64,000 nucleotides of DNA from a virus: positions 32,001 to 96,000 of the IMG/VR virus record IMGVR_UViG_3300031841_004520, one strand, 5' to 3'. The notes under the pieces are model-generated. The model ran no database searches. It was not told where the DNA came from and saw only the letters and a list, made by a program, of their open reading frames with translations. Positions 27,369 through 37,444 of this stretch are shown piece by piece. Every line of letters starts with the position of its first letter. The stretch's first letter is position 1. A program made the position numbers and the translations under genes.

Positions 27369-28044
27369 AACTCTCCTTTTTTTTATTAATTTGATGATAG
27401 TCTTTCATGTTGTTGATCAATGAAACACTGTTGTTTATTTCTTGATAATAAAATGGCTCATATTTTGATAATGTATTAATTGTTTCAAATAAGTACTTGG
27501 ATTGCCAGCTATCTTGCCATTGTTGTAAAAAATATCTTATATGATCACTTTGTAGTATATATATATTTGTAACTTTGTTCGGTAGCCCAAAAAATATATA
27601 ATTAACCTTGTCATTATTGATAGTGGCCCCTAAGTTCGAATTAAATCTTTTATTAGAGCTTATAATAACTATAGATTTTTTAATTCTATATTTTATCTTT
27701 AACCAAAATGACTTACTTACTATACAGTTTGTATTAAAAACTATACACTTCGTATTGGTACAGCAACTTAATCCTTGTTTTAAGCTTTGTGTTTCATTAG
27801 AGTGAGTATATATTTCATGTTGTGTAAATTTTACTCTCTTGTACTTATCTATAAGTTTTTGCATTTTTTTACTCTCAAATCCACCAACGACTATAATTTC
27901 TGCAGTAGGAAACACCGATGTGATGTTGATAATATGTTTCTCTATTATGGTTTGTTTTTTGTTTGCAGCTAGTAAACCAACATTACCTATTGATTTCATT
28001 CCTTTGGTAGGTAAAGAACTTATTAATATAAATGATAGATTCAT
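27361..28044 (-). CDS. Degenerate sugar/choline-phosphate nucleotidyltransferase-like protein (LicC/MobA fold)
   Basis: FILI...KGMKSIG..GLL...TIIE..I...EIIVVGGF...NE..SL pattern, but the canonical AAGxGxR and GD motifs are absent. Confidence 0.55.
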   Translation of the reverse strand: MNLSFILISSLPTKGMKSIGNVGLLAANKKQTIIEKHIINITSVFPTAEIIVVGGFESKKMQKLIDKYKRVKFTQHEIYTHSNETQSLKQGLSCCTNTKCIVFNTNCIVSKSFWLKIKYRIKKSIVIISSNKRFNSNLGATINNDKVNYIFFGLPNKVTNIYILQSDHIRYFLQQWQDSWQSKYLFETINTLSKYEPFYYQEINNSVSLINNMKDYHQINKKKESYV

Positions 28045-28457
28045 GCTGTCTTACTGCAAATAAAGAGGTATTCAAATACATTTACATATTTCTGTGTCAT
28101 TATGATATAGTTATTATGTTCTAATATATCTTTAATGTTATTAGCAGTGTGTAAAAACAGTCTGCTTTTGTACAGAATGAGTTGGGCTATTTCTATTTTA
28201 ATTTTATCAAATGTCATCGCAATTGCTAATTGTTTTAAATCAGGGGCTTGTATATGTAGCATTCCGTTTGGTTTTAATTTATTAAAGATCACCTGTAGCA
28301 ATTCTGAATGCTGGTCTATAATAACAAAGTCTAAGCAGTCATGTAAATAGATATTATCTACAGAATTGTCTTCTATTTCCTTTACGTCTTGAAAGTATAT
28401 ATTCTGAGCGTTAGGTACTTCTATATTGTTTTTATGATATATGCTTATATTATTCAT
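28041..28457 (-). CDS. Truncated class I SAM methyltransferase-like protein
   Basis: DNSVDNIYLHDCLD and KLKPNGMLHIQAPD are present, but no N-terminal GxG motif. Confidence 0.55.
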   Translation of the reverse strand: MNNISIYHKNNIEVPNAQNIYFQDVKEIEDNSVDNIYLHDCLDFVIIDQHSELLQVIFNKLKPNGMLHIQAPDLKQLAIAMTFDKIKIEIAQLILYKSRLFLHTANNIKDILEHNNYIIMTQKYVNVFEYLFICSKTA

Positions 28458-28896
28458 ATTTATATATTAGTTTTCTGGTTGTGTCTATAAATTCTTGCCA
28501 AGTATTTTTATCAGAATTTTCGTTTAAAATTAATTCATGAATATCCCCCCAGGATTGTTTAATTTGTTTAGAAAACGCAATTTGTTTGACTATGGGGATA
28601 TTGTTGATCTTTTCTTGAAATTTATTTGAATCTATCATATCAGATTTTGGTTCGTGGTCAATCAATATCAATGGGCATTGATGATATTTCGTAAGTTTAA
28701 TAATTTTTTCTAAGTGTTTAGTCTTATCGTTTGATATAATTAACTCCGGAATAAAACTACCCAAATATATTTGGTCTAAAGCAAATAGACATACTCTTAG
28801 TGTTTTAAAAAACTCTTCAAACTCTCTGTTGTCACTAGGTATCCATAGTATATTATTTATGATGTTTGTTTCTCTTGCTAGTAAACTAGAAATCAC
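28450..28896 (-). CDS. Hypothetical protein (possibly a glycosyltransferase-like fragment)
   Basis: 148-aa ORF in the operon with a P(L)ILIDHE motif. Confidence 0.45.
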   Translation of the reverse strand: MISSLLARETNIINNILWIPSDNREFEEFFKTLRVCLFALDQIYLGSFIPELIISNDKTKHLEKIIKLTKYHQCPLILIDHEPKSDMIDSNKFQEKINNIPIVKQIAFSKQIKQSWGDIHELILNENSDKNTWQEFIDTTRKLIYKYE

Positions 28897-29957
28897 AATA
28901 TATACCTGCTGAAATTTGTGTTGTCAAAAATATTTATGTCAATCTTGCTTATCTTTTTTTGTTTTTCTGATGCAGATAAGGACACAGCTTTTCTCATTTG
29001 TGACTTAATAGATTGTATGTTTGGATTATTCCAAGTCTCATATATGTTAGATATATTATGTGTAGAATATTTACATGCAGATAATATATTCTCCCTATCA
29101 CTATCTACTAGAAAACCGTTGTCTTTTGTTACATAAGAAGAGTTTGCTGTTCCATTTGTAACTATACATAGCTTTTTATGTATCAGGGCTTCTATGCACG
29201 AAGCTGTAGTATATGATCCTTTTGAAACGTCTATATAACAATCACAATTATTAAATAATTGATGCATTTTATGTTCTTCCACATCTCCCACAACCACTAC
29301 AGGTTCGTTTACAGCCTCACTGCTTTTCTTGGTTATGCGATACGCATTATACATTAAATTTTTAATTTCTGTTTCATCATCCCCATTTGTTTTTATTATC
29401 AGTCTAGTATTATCCTCTTTGTCAAATTCCGTCATGTATGCTACTAGAAGAGATATTAGACTGTCTTTATCGTCACTAGATGACATTGTGTAGAAATTAA
29501 ATTCTTTATCTGTATCTAATTTTTTTTGGGTTTTTATATTGATGTCAAAGGGTTCAGGCAATACTTTAATCATTTTGACTACTCCAGATTCTCTCAATGA
29601 TTTTTCTGCAAAATAAGAGTTTACCCATACTTCGTCCATCATATTTATTTTTTCTATCCAGCCTGTATGCCTTAGGTTTCTAGAGATTATTTTTGGAACA
29701 CATATATTGATACCAAATCTGGCATTGTATTCATAATAATCAGGCATGGTATCCTGTATTACTGCGTCGTAGTAATCACTTTTATTGAGTTCATTTTCTA
29801 GTATTTTACCTTGTATGCCAAATGTTTTTGTTTGTAAATACAAAGGCCTAACAGATAATTTTATATTTTTTACATGTTGTAATGCTGAAATATATCTTCT
29901 AGAAGAGTGCCCTAGAGCAGAATCCTCTCTATAATGACCTAGATATAAAATATTCAC
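28893..29957 (-). CDS. GT-B (GT4-like) glycosyltransferase
   Basis: MNILYLGHY, MDEVWVNS and CDCYIDVSKG..EA motifs. Confidence 0.75.
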   Translation of the reverse strand: MNILYLGHYREDSALGHSSRRYISALQHVKNIKLSVRPLYLQTKTFGIQGKILENELNKSDYYDAVIQDTMPDYYEYNARFGINICVPKIISRNLRHTGWIEKINMMDEVWVNSYFAEKSLRESGVVKMIKVLPEPFDINIKTQKKLDTDKEFNFYTMSSSDDKDSLISLLVAYMTEFDKEDNTRLIIKTNGDDETEIKNLMYNAYRITKKSSEAVNEPVVVVGDVEEHKMHQLFNNCDCYIDVSKGSYTTASCIEALIHKKLCIVTNGTANSSYVTKDNGFLVDSDRENILSACKYSTHNISNIYETWNNPNIQSIKSQMRKAVSLSASEKQKKISKIDINIFDNTNFSRYIL

Positions 29958-31588
29958 GAGTAATCTACTATATATTTAAGACCATCTGGAACTGGCGTTT
30001 TACCAGATCTGACTGATTCCCATAAGGTTTGATTATTCATGCTGTCTTCTAAAATCTTCATAGCTTGTTGAAAAGTAAACGGAGTAATATTTGTTCCATC
30101 TTGCTGATACCCTAAGTCTAAATTCCTAATTAATTGTTGAGCAGAAGCAGTTTTCATCATGTGTGGGTTTTTAATGATATTTTCTACTATAAATTGTATT
30201 ATTCTTCTGTGACTACCTAAAGGAGGTACTTTAATGTCATGTCTAGTTATTCTTTCTGCTGTTTCCCACTTGCCTTGTAGTCCTGTAAGTTTTATATTGT
30301 CAAAAATATTTTCGAAAGATTTTGCTGTTTTGTCCCAGTCATATTCCTTGATGCTTTTTTCTCTAACGGATTCCGCTAGTTTCATGCGATCAATAAAACC
30401 CAGCCCATTTATTTCTTTGTATTTATCTATTAAAATATCACAACACTTTTTATCATCAGGATACACTCTGTCTGCACCTGTTTCTAATTCTCTAAAGCTA
30501 CAGCTCAAAGGGACAATATCTGCACCTATAGCCCTACCTATCTCTGCCATAGCTCCATGGTCTATAGTAACTACAGGAACTCCGCATGCAGCTGCTTCTA
30601 CAGGAGGAATACCAAACCCTTCGCAGATAGCATATTGTATATATACGTCAAAAGCATTAAATATATTAGCAAGCTCTGGTTCTGATATTCCGTTAGCAAC
30701 ACTGCAGAAACCCGCTGAGTTTTTTTTGCAATGAGGGCAAGCTATTGGTGATTCAGAATATGTTCCAGAAAAGTTTTTGTGACATTGTGAACACTTGTAA
30801 GAGAAGTATACTAAATTCTCAGCACCATGCTCAATAAGTAAAGAAGGTAGATCCCAACCGTTCATATCAGGATAGCTGGTATGTAAATATAGTTTAGCAT
30901 TAGGTACAACCTTGGCAACATTTTTAATAATTTTAATTAGATTAGGTATCAATTTGCGTTTTTGATTACGCATCACAGAACCTATGATAAAATCATTAGG
31001 ATTAAGTCCTAATTGCAATTTAATGTTATCCTTACTCTGACTGCTTATCTTAAATGTATCGATGTTTACTGCATCATTTACTGGCTCTACTAGATTCATA
31101 GGAATCTGTGTAGACCTTAAGTAGTCTATGCCCCATTGGGTGTGTCCAGAAACCGTATCGGCATTAGAAAAAGTTTGTAGCCATTCTTTTTTTTGTGGCG
31201 CAGAGTCTATTGTTGGTGCTATCATCCAATGGTAAAAAGGTCTATATGGAGAATTTTCTGGAAAATTCAACATCCAATAATCTCTGACATCAAAAACAAT
31301 ATCTGGTTTGAAGTCTTGCACAGCAGTCTCAAAAGCCCAAGACCCAAATGCATGGTGCGGTTTGCTGGCGTATGTCTTAAGCAACTCTTGATCGCTTTTG
31401 GGAGGCACAACAGGATATAATTTCCATGAGACATTATTTTTCATATCAGGGGTTCTGTACGCAGACAGTTCAGCAATTTCGTACTTGCCTGTTGCGTACA
31501 GTCTGGAAAGAACATTTCTAGTATAATTACCAAAGCCTGAGTCAATGTGACTAGACTCTGCACACATAAATATTCTTTTTTTGCCCAT
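29954..31588 (-). CDS. GT4 glycosyltransferase with zinc-ribbon insertion
   Basis: SGFG, FKPDIV, RNQKRK and EGFGIPPVEAAACGVP motifs, with a CSQC...CPHC insertion. Confidence 0.85.
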   Translation of the reverse strand: MGKKRIFMCAESSHIDSGFGNYTRNVLSRLYATGKYEIAELSAYRTPDMKNNVSWKLYPVVPPKSDQELLKTYASKPHHAFGSWAFETAVQDFKPDIVFDVRDYWMLNFPENSPYRPFYHWMIAPTIDSAPQKKEWLQTFSNADTVSGHTQWGIDYLRSTQIPMNLVEPVNDAVNIDTFKISSQSKDNIKLQLGLNPNDFIIGSVMRNQKRKLIPNLIKIIKNVAKVVPNAKLYLHTSYPDMNGWDLPSLLIEHGAENLVYFSYKCSQCHKNFSGTYSESPIACPHCKKNSAGFCSVANGISEPELANIFNAFDVYIQYAICEGFGIPPVEAAACGVPVVTIDHGAMAEIGRAIGADIVPLSCSFRELETGADRVYPDDKKCCDILIDKYKEINGLGFIDRMKLAESVREKSIKEYDWDKTAKSFENIFDNIKLTGLQGKWETAERITRHDIKVPPLGSHRRIIQFIVENIIKNPHMMKTASAQQLIRNLDLGYQQDGTNITPFTFQQAMKILEDSMNNQTLWESVRSGKTPVPDGLKYIVDYS

Positions 31589-31613
31589 GATAATTCCTGA
31601 AGTTATTTAAAAA

Positions 31614-32003
31614 CTAAAATGCTAGAGATTCTTTGTCAGACTGACTTTTCTTACTAGCATTTCTAGTAATTTTAGCAAAGTTGCTGACACGAATCTTCAT
31701 AGTGGATTGCTTGATCTTTTCTCCGGACTCTAGCTCTTTTTCCCAGCTGTCTTTCCTTAAAGAACCTTCAAGCATGACCAGATCTCCTTTGCGAAAAGAC
31801 GATCCGATATTTTCTGCACCAGTATCCCATGCTTCACAAGGGACAAATGTTGTGACCTGATCGGTCTTACCATCAGCCTTGGTATACTCCCTAGACACCG
31901 CTACTGTAAAGTTAACCACAGATGTAGATTTGCCGTTAGAAGTATTAATATTACGCAATTCTGGATCTCTAGCTAAATTTCCCTTCAATAAAACTAAATT
32001 CAT
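31614..32003 (-). CDS. ssb: Single-stranded DNA-binding protein
   Basis: MNLVLLKGNLARDPELR, KGDLVMLEGSL and a C-terminal LAF. ATG 32003 follows AAGGAG. Confidence 0.92.
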   Translation of the reverse strand: MNLVLLKGNLARDPELRNINTSNGKSTSVVNFTVAVSREYTKADGKTDQVTTFVPCEAWDTGAENIGSSFRKGDLVMLEGSLRKDSWEKELESGEKIKQSTMKIRVSNFAKITRNASKKSQSDKESLAF

Positions 32004-32042
32004 AGTTTCTCCTTTTTCAAAAATAAAGTAACACAATAAGCT

Positions 32043-32070
32043 ATTATATCAAACATAGATATAATGTCAA
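32043..32070 (-). promoter_or_regulatory. Consensus sigma70 promoter (TTGACA-16 nt-TATAAT, with extended -10 TG)
   Basis: On the minus strand the sequence reads TTGACA ttatatctatgtttga TATAAT, upstream of ssb. Confidence 0.85.
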
Positions 32071-32071
32071 G

Positions 32072-33649
32072 CTACACTTGCCATACCTTTTTTATTATCA
32101 TTCCGTCTTTCTTCTTGGACTGTTCTAGTTTCATCACAGCCGTATTGTCAATAGACAAAAGGTTTTTAAAGGTTTTGAATTCTTCTGGGAAGATGACAGC
32201 ATCCAAAGAACCTGTGCTATCTGTAACTTTTACAAATGCCATTTCTTGTCCTGGATTTGCTCCTCTTTTTGTTTTAATAATATTAACATCTTTTATTTCT
32301 ATACCAATCATTATATTATTAGATGCTATTTTAGATTCTTTAAGTGTTCTGCAATCTGTGTTAACAAAATTTAGATCACATTCGTCAATCTTAGAGCAAG
32401 ATACAGCGATCCCTAGTAGTTGGTTTTCTGTGTCTGCTATCCAAGGTATAGTGTCTGACAGGCTATATGCTGGTTTTTTAACAGAACTCAATATTGACTC
32501 TACCGACTTTTTTCTTCTGGCATTAACTTTGGTCAGAACGCCTTCAATACATTGAGTAATATTCTTATATCCTGCTATATTAGTGATTACAAATTCTTTT
32601 TCTTTTTTGGTTAAGTTTGTTATTGCATCAAAATCAAATAACATTCGTTTTCTATCTACCTTAAAATAATCAAAGCATCCTACGGATATCATATTTTTTG
32701 CAGCCGTTTTGTTTATGTTGTCTAAAACTATAAATAGTATCTGTAGATATGAAGCGTCTTTTATATCTATTTTAATTTCTTGTAGTTTGTTAAATACTGA
32801 AGCGCCAACCCCCTTAATGTTGGTCAGTCCAAAGTATATACATTTATCTTTTAATACAAAGTCTTTATTTAATAATTTAAAATTAGGATTACAAACCTCA
32901 ATAGCCATTTCTCTACAATTGCTGACTAATTCATATATTTCTCTTAAAGGATCTATCTTATCTTTGGCAAACTTTAAATACGATACAAAAAATCTAGAAG
33001 GGAAATGAGCTTTGACATATGCAGATAGGTAAGCATTCATAGCATAGCTGACGGCATGGCTTTTATTAAAACTATATCTTTGACTTTTTTCAATCCACCC
33101 AAAGATTTCTTCAGCTTCTTCTTCATTGACAATGTTTGCTTCCTTAGCACCATCAATAAACTGCTTTTTAACTTGAGCCATTAGGTCGGCTTTTTTCTTA
33201 CCAATAGCTTTACGAAGAACATCAGCATCCTGCAAATTAAAGCCTGCTATTTTCTGAGCGATTTGCATAGCTTGTTCTTGATAAATCATTTCTCCATATG
33301 TAGACGACAGTATATCTTTTAAACTATCATGATAATGATCTACAGTTTCTAGGCCGTTCTTTTTATCTATGTAATGATTAGAGACATTCTTACCGTCTCG
33401 ATAAGCCTCTAAACATCCTGGGCGTAGAATAGATATAAGAGCAGAAAGCTGTTCTATATTTTGTGGTTTGAGTTTTTTAGACATAGTTTGACCAAGTCTA
33501 GACTCTAGCTGAAAACAACCTTTTGTATTGCCTTCTCCAATTAAATGCCAAGTGGTTTTACAGTCTAGATCTAAATTCTCAAGAGTAAGGTCTAAATCTA
33601 TCTTACCTTCGTGTTTTTTAAATCTACAATCACATCTTCTTTTATTCAT
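32072..33649 (-). CDS. dnaE: DNA polymerase III alpha, C-terminal part (fingers, HhH, OB)
   Basis: GCFQLES, SILRPG, IYQEQ, LRKAIGKK, YSFNKSHA, GLTNIKGVG and MAFVKVTD. Likely ATG 33649 overlaps the exonuclease stop. Confidence 0.9.
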   Translation of the reverse strand: MNKRRCDCRFKKHEGKIDLDLTLENLDLDCKTTWHLIGEGNTKGCFQLESRLGQTMSKKLKPQNIEQLSALISILRPGCLEAYRDGKNVSNHYIDKKNGLETVDHYHDSLKDILSSTYGEMIYQEQAMQIAQKIAGFNLQDADVLRKAIGKKKADLMAQVKKQFIDGAKEANIVNEEEAEEIFGWIEKSQRYSFNKSHAVSYAMNAYLSAYVKAHFPSRFFVSYLKFAKDKIDPLREIYELVSNCREMAIEVCNPNFKLLNKDFVLKDKCIYFGLTNIKGVGASVFNKLQEIKIDIKDASYLQILFIVLDNINKTAAKNMISVGCFDYFKVDRKRMLFDFDAITNLTKKEKEFVITNIAGYKNITQCIEGVLTKVNARRKKSVESILSSVKKPAYSLSDTIPWIADTENQLLGIAVSCSKIDECDLNFVNTDCRTLKESKIASNNIMIGIEIKDVNIIKTKRGANPGQEMAFVKVTDSTGSLDAVIFPEEFKTFKNLLSIDNTAVMKLEQSKKKDGMIIKKVWQV

Positions 33650-34385
33650 CTTTAAAACAATTCTTAAACTGTATCCTTTGTGCAAGGTTTTTATGTAATT
33701 TCAAAAATCTGATTAGTATATTGGCACAATCCGTAACATCTTTGAATGCGTCGTGAGCATTAGAAGAATCTATTCCCATGTAAGTCCTAATAGAATCTAA
33801 TGAAATAGATTTGATTTCTGGAACATACATCAGCCATAAGCCTATAACATACATTAGATCAATCCTATCTCTAGGATGAAATATAGATGAACTTTTTTCT
33901 TTTGCATCAAAATTGTCATACGTTTCACTCAATCTGTCTACAATCTTCATATCAAACTTATTAATATTATATCCACAGGCTATAGGTGCGGTAAATTTAC
34001 TTTTTTTACTTTTGCCAGACCCTACTAAGTGATAGTTGTCTAGATACCCTATAAATTGTTGCCAAGAGTGTTTTTGCTCTGGATATTTCAGCCATTCATT
34101 AAGAATTTGACTCTTATCAACACCCTTAACTTTCCCGTGCCAATCTAAAATATCAGAATCGGTGTAAGGATGATTATCTATTGTGACAGCCTTGGACTTC
34201 TCTTGCAATTCAAAATCAGCTAACTTAATAGGCTTAAGGTTTATATTAAATTCAGAGTCCTTGACTATCTCCAACCTGTAGGGGTCAACCATAACGGCGG
34301 CTAGTTGAACAGGACTACACTCGTTAGGATTGGCCCCATCGGTTTCAAAATCAAATACACATATCTTATTCTTGTTTATGTTCAT
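33642..34385 (-). CDS. DEDDh 3'-5' exonuclease (DnaQ/epsilon-like)
   Basis: VFDFETDG, GYNINKFD and HDAFKD. Confidence 0.88.
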   Translation of the reverse strand: MNINKNKICVFDFETDGANPNECSPVQLAAVMVDPYRLEIVKDSEFNINLKPIKLADFELQEKSKAVTIDNHPYTDSDILDWHGKVKGVDKSQILNEWLKYPEQKHSWQQFIGYLDNYHLVGSGKSKKSKFTAPIACGYNINKFDMKIVDRLSETYDNFDAKEKSSSIFHPRDRIDLMYVIGLWLMYVPEIKSISLDSIRTYMGIDSSNAHDAFKDVTDCANILIRFLKLHKNLAQRIQFKNCFKDE

Positions 34386-34560
34386 CTTCTATAGTTTCTA
34401 CTTCCTTATTTCCATCGATAATTAAATCCTTGTCACCATCAAGAATTGCTGCATTTCTTTTTAGCTTACAGCAACTAATCTTTTGAGGCTGAACTTTTAC
34501 ACACTCTTTACCATCATGTAAAAACTTAGCGCCAATACTTAACCTACCGAACTTAGTCAT
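34366..34560 (-). CDS. Small hypothetical protein between the split dnaE halves
   Basis: 64 aa with an AGGAG RBS, overlapping the exonuclease start. Confidence 0.55.
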   Translation of the reverse strand: MTKFGRLSIGAKFLHDGKECVKVQPQKISCCKLKRNAAILDGDKDLIIDGNKEVETIEDEHKQE

Positions 34561-34561
34561 A

Positions 34562-36412
34562 TCATACTCCTTGTAATAGTGATTGTACGCCCATCATTTT
34601 ATCTAACAGGCCGATACCTAATATATCAAACTTTACTACACCAATAGACTCCAGGTCATTCATCTCTAACCCTGCGATATTCTTTTTTGTTTTGGTGTCA
34701 TAGATCATTGGACAGATTGAGGATAGGCTACTTTGTGATATCGCTATACCCGCTGCGTGTTTAGACTGATTACATTTAGTTCCTTCTAGTCTAATAGCCT
34801 GCTCAAATCTTTTTGCAAGTGGGCCGACTAATTTATCGTCTTTTAAATGACACCAATCTTTAAGGGGTTTTGGGTTGTTTTCTAAAGCCCACTTAATTAT
34901 AGAAGCGTCTTTCATTTCCTGTAATTCGTCTGCGATCTTAGCTTCGTCTGGTATATGCTTTGTGATTTGATTCATTTCTTCAAAAGAAATATTGCTATAA
35001 ACCCTCAACACCTCCTTGAGTGAACCTCTACCCTTTAGGGTGTTATATGTAATCATTTGGGAAACCTTGTCTTGACCATATGTATCTTTAATATAATCAA
35101 TGATGTTTTCTCTTTGATCCATAGGTACGTCTACATCGATATCTGGCATGGATACTCTACCGCCAGTATTCCTGCCAGCATTGTAAAATCTTTCAAAAAT
35201 TAAGTCATATTTAATAGGATCTATAGCGGTAATACCAATAAGATAGGAAACCAGACATCCAGCAGCACTACCTCTTCCTGGTCCAGGTAGCCACTTCTGT
35301 TTACGGACATGATCAACAATATCCTGTACAATCAAGAAGTAGCTAGACAAATCTGCTCCTTGTAGTACGTCTAACTCGTATTTAATTCTGTCCACATATT
35401 GAGAATGCAATTCTTTGTCTACATTATTGACTATTTTGTTTTTCCAGCCATCTCTACAAAGCTGTCTCAGGTATTGGGCTGGATCGTATCCTTCTGGACA
35501 CTTAAAGTCTGGAAGGTTAGGTGTTTCTAAAATATCATAGTCTTCACACATACTGTCTACTAGATTAGTATTATCTATTTCGTCTTCTGTGTTTACTTCA
35601 TTCATTTCTTCATGAGACAACAGGTGATAGCTGTCAGACTTGAAAAAAGAATCTAAACCAAAACTTTCTCCGGTAGAGAGCTTACTAGCTACTTGAGGTA
35701 AAGTCATTTTGAGATTACTACACAGTAAAATCCTTTGGTCTACGGCGTCATATCGTTCACAATAATGAGAATCTATACTAGATATTTTAGGTATCTTGTT
35801 TAAGTTACAAATATCTCTTAGTTTTTTGCCAATAATTTGTTGATATTCATTCTCTTGGTCCATTAGTTGAACTTCAACAAAAAAATTATCTTTACCAAAA
35901 ATTTCGGATAATTCGCCCACCTCTTTCTCTATCTGTGAGTCTGAAACAAACTTCTCCTCTTTATATATTTTATTAGCCAAATAAGAACCAGGATGTCCAC
36001 TCATGCCAATAATATTGCCTTGAGATAACCTATCTTTTAATTTCGCTATATCTAATCTAGGTTTGTAATAATAGTTATCTGGCCTATTTGATTCTGACAC
36101 TATTTCAATTAAATTCTTCCAACCAGCTAGATTTTTAGACAACAGAAGCATGTGTGATAATTTTCTGTTTTCTTTAGATTGTATATTACTGTCTTGATCT
36201 GATATATACAATTCAACGCCAAGGATAGGTTTGATTTTGTTGTGTTTCATAGTTTGGAAAAAATTGATACACCCAGAGATGGATCCATGATCGGTAACAG
36301 CACAACTGGTCATATTTAATTTATGACATCTTTTAGCAACATCCTCTGGCTTAGAAAGACCATCCAATAAAGAGTAATGCGTATGCAAATGCAAAGGCGT
36401 ATAGTGTTTCAT
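34562..36412 (-). CDS. dnaE: DNA polymerase III alpha, N-terminal part (PHP and palm)
   Basis: HLHTHYSLLDG, TDHG, GPGRGSAAG, FERF, MPDIDVD, KHAAG and KFDILG. Confidence 0.92.
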   Translation of the reverse strand: MKHYTPLHLHTHYSLLDGLSKPEDVAKRCHKLNMTSCAVTDHGSISGCINFFQTMKHNKIKPILGVELYISDQDSNIQSKENRKLSHMLLLSKNLAGWKNLIEIVSESNRPDNYYYKPRLDIAKLKDRLSQGNIIGMSGHPGSYLANKIYKEEKFVSDSQIEKEVGELSEIFGKDNFFVEVQLMDQENEYQQIIGKKLRDICNLNKIPKISSIDSHYCERYDAVDQRILLCSNLKMTLPQVASKLSTGESFGLDSFFKSDSYHLLSHEEMNEVNTEDEIDNTNLVDSMCEDYDILETPNLPDFKCPEGYDPAQYLRQLCRDGWKNKIVNNVDKELHSQYVDRIKYELDVLQGADLSSYFLIVQDIVDHVRKQKWLPGPGRGSAAGCLVSYLIGITAIDPIKYDLIFERFYNAGRNTGGRVSMPDIDVDVPMDQRENIIDYIKDTYGQDKVSQMITYNTLKGRGSLKEVLRVYSNISFEEMNQITKHIPDEAKIADELQEMKDASIIKWALENNPKPLKDWCHLKDDKLVGPLAKRFEQAIRLEGTKCNQSKHAAGIAISQSSLSSICPMIYDTKTKKNIAGLEMNDLESIGVVKFDILGIGLLDKMMGVQSLLQGV

Positions 36413-37444
36413 TCAATCAGTACTTCCAGGAGCTTGGTAATATCCTACATGATAGCCGGGTACAGTGTACTCGTCAACCACAGAATCTATTCCATTCATT
36501 TCTACATCATGTTTTACTTGTTCACACATAGTCATAAATTCTCCTTGTTCACACAACTTACCTTCACGATATTCAATCATTGGGGTTACATTTGTGCCAT
36601 TAAAAGAATTTTTACCATAATGACATAACTTTTTACATTTCCAGCTTTTGCTTAACTGTGGTTTTTTACATTTTTTAATTTTTTCAAATTTTGTCCTAAG
36701 CAAATTTTCTGTTGCTATAATGTCTGACTTATCAAAAGTCATACTAAAAGGACCACCATCATTAATAAAATATATTGTTACAATACAGTGTTTAATTTCA
36801 GGATATAGTTTTTGTGCAGCATAGAAGTAGATCATAAGTTGGGGATCTTTTTCTAGTTTTTCTTGTGTCTTCTCTTCTCCTGTAGCCCAGTTAAGCCTAC
36901 GTCCAGTTTTCCAATCAATAATCTCTAAGGTGTCTTCATTAACCCTAGTAATTAAATCTATTGTACCTTTCATAGCTAGGTTACCTTTAAGGTCACCATA
37001 ATCATATTTAGCCCATGGTTTGTCTATAGTAATATCAAACTGCTGTTCAGGATAAAGAATGTCTCTGTTTCTAGGATCAAACATACCATCAGCATATGTG
37101 ATGGCTTTGTGGGCCCATTTAAAACAATCTTTTTTGTCTTTTTCAGACCATTCATGATGGTCAAAATTAGATGTATAGTAATCATATACTTGTGTACTTA
37201 ATTCAGTCAGATCGTAATCGTTTACATCAACTTCACCCACAATATCATCTGTAAAAGTTTTTTCTCCTTTTTGTTTAGTGAACTGTACAAAAGCTAATAT
37301 TTCTAATATCTTGTGGACTATAGTGCCTTTATCTGCTTTTTTATTAGAAGGAGACCTATAGCCTAAAACATAATCAAAAAAGTATTGTTGTTCACACATA
37401 CAATGGGTATTATATGATGAGCTGCGGAAATAAGTAATTATCAT
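36413..37444 (-). CDS. PD-(D/E)XK exonuclease, Cas4/AddB-like
   Basis: GTIVHKILE, GTIDL, IIDWKTG and QLMIY, with N- and C-terminal Cys residues suggesting an Fe-S staple. Confidence 0.85.
   Translation of the reverse strand: MIITYFRSSSYNTHCMCEQQYFFDYVLGYRSPSNKKADKGTIVHKILEILAFVQFTKQKGEKTFTDDIVGEVDVNDYDLTELSTQVYDYYTSNFDHHEWSEKDKKDCFKWAHKAITYADGMFDPRNRDILYPEQQFDITIDKPWAKYDYGDLKGNLAMKGTIDLITRVNEDTLEIIDWKTGRRLNWATGEEKTQEKLEKDPQLMIYFYAAQKLYPEIKHCIVTIYFINDGGPFSMTFDKSDIIATENLLRTKFEKIKKCKKPQLSKSWKCKKLCHYGKNSFNGTNVTPMIEYREGKLCEQGEFMTMCEQVKHDVEMNGIDSVVDEYTVPGYHVGYYQAPGSTD

Noticed and set aside
33600-34620. Split intein or intron joining the dnaE halves
   Set aside because: There is no Cys/Ser-initiated N-intein after the N-half and no His-Asn/Cys junction in the C-half. 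The intervening DNA is fully occupied by ordinary ORFs.
36413-37444. CRISPR-Cas system suggested by the Cas4-like gene
   Set aside because: No other cas genes or repeat-spacer array are visible. Solo Cas4-like nucleases are common in phage replication modules.
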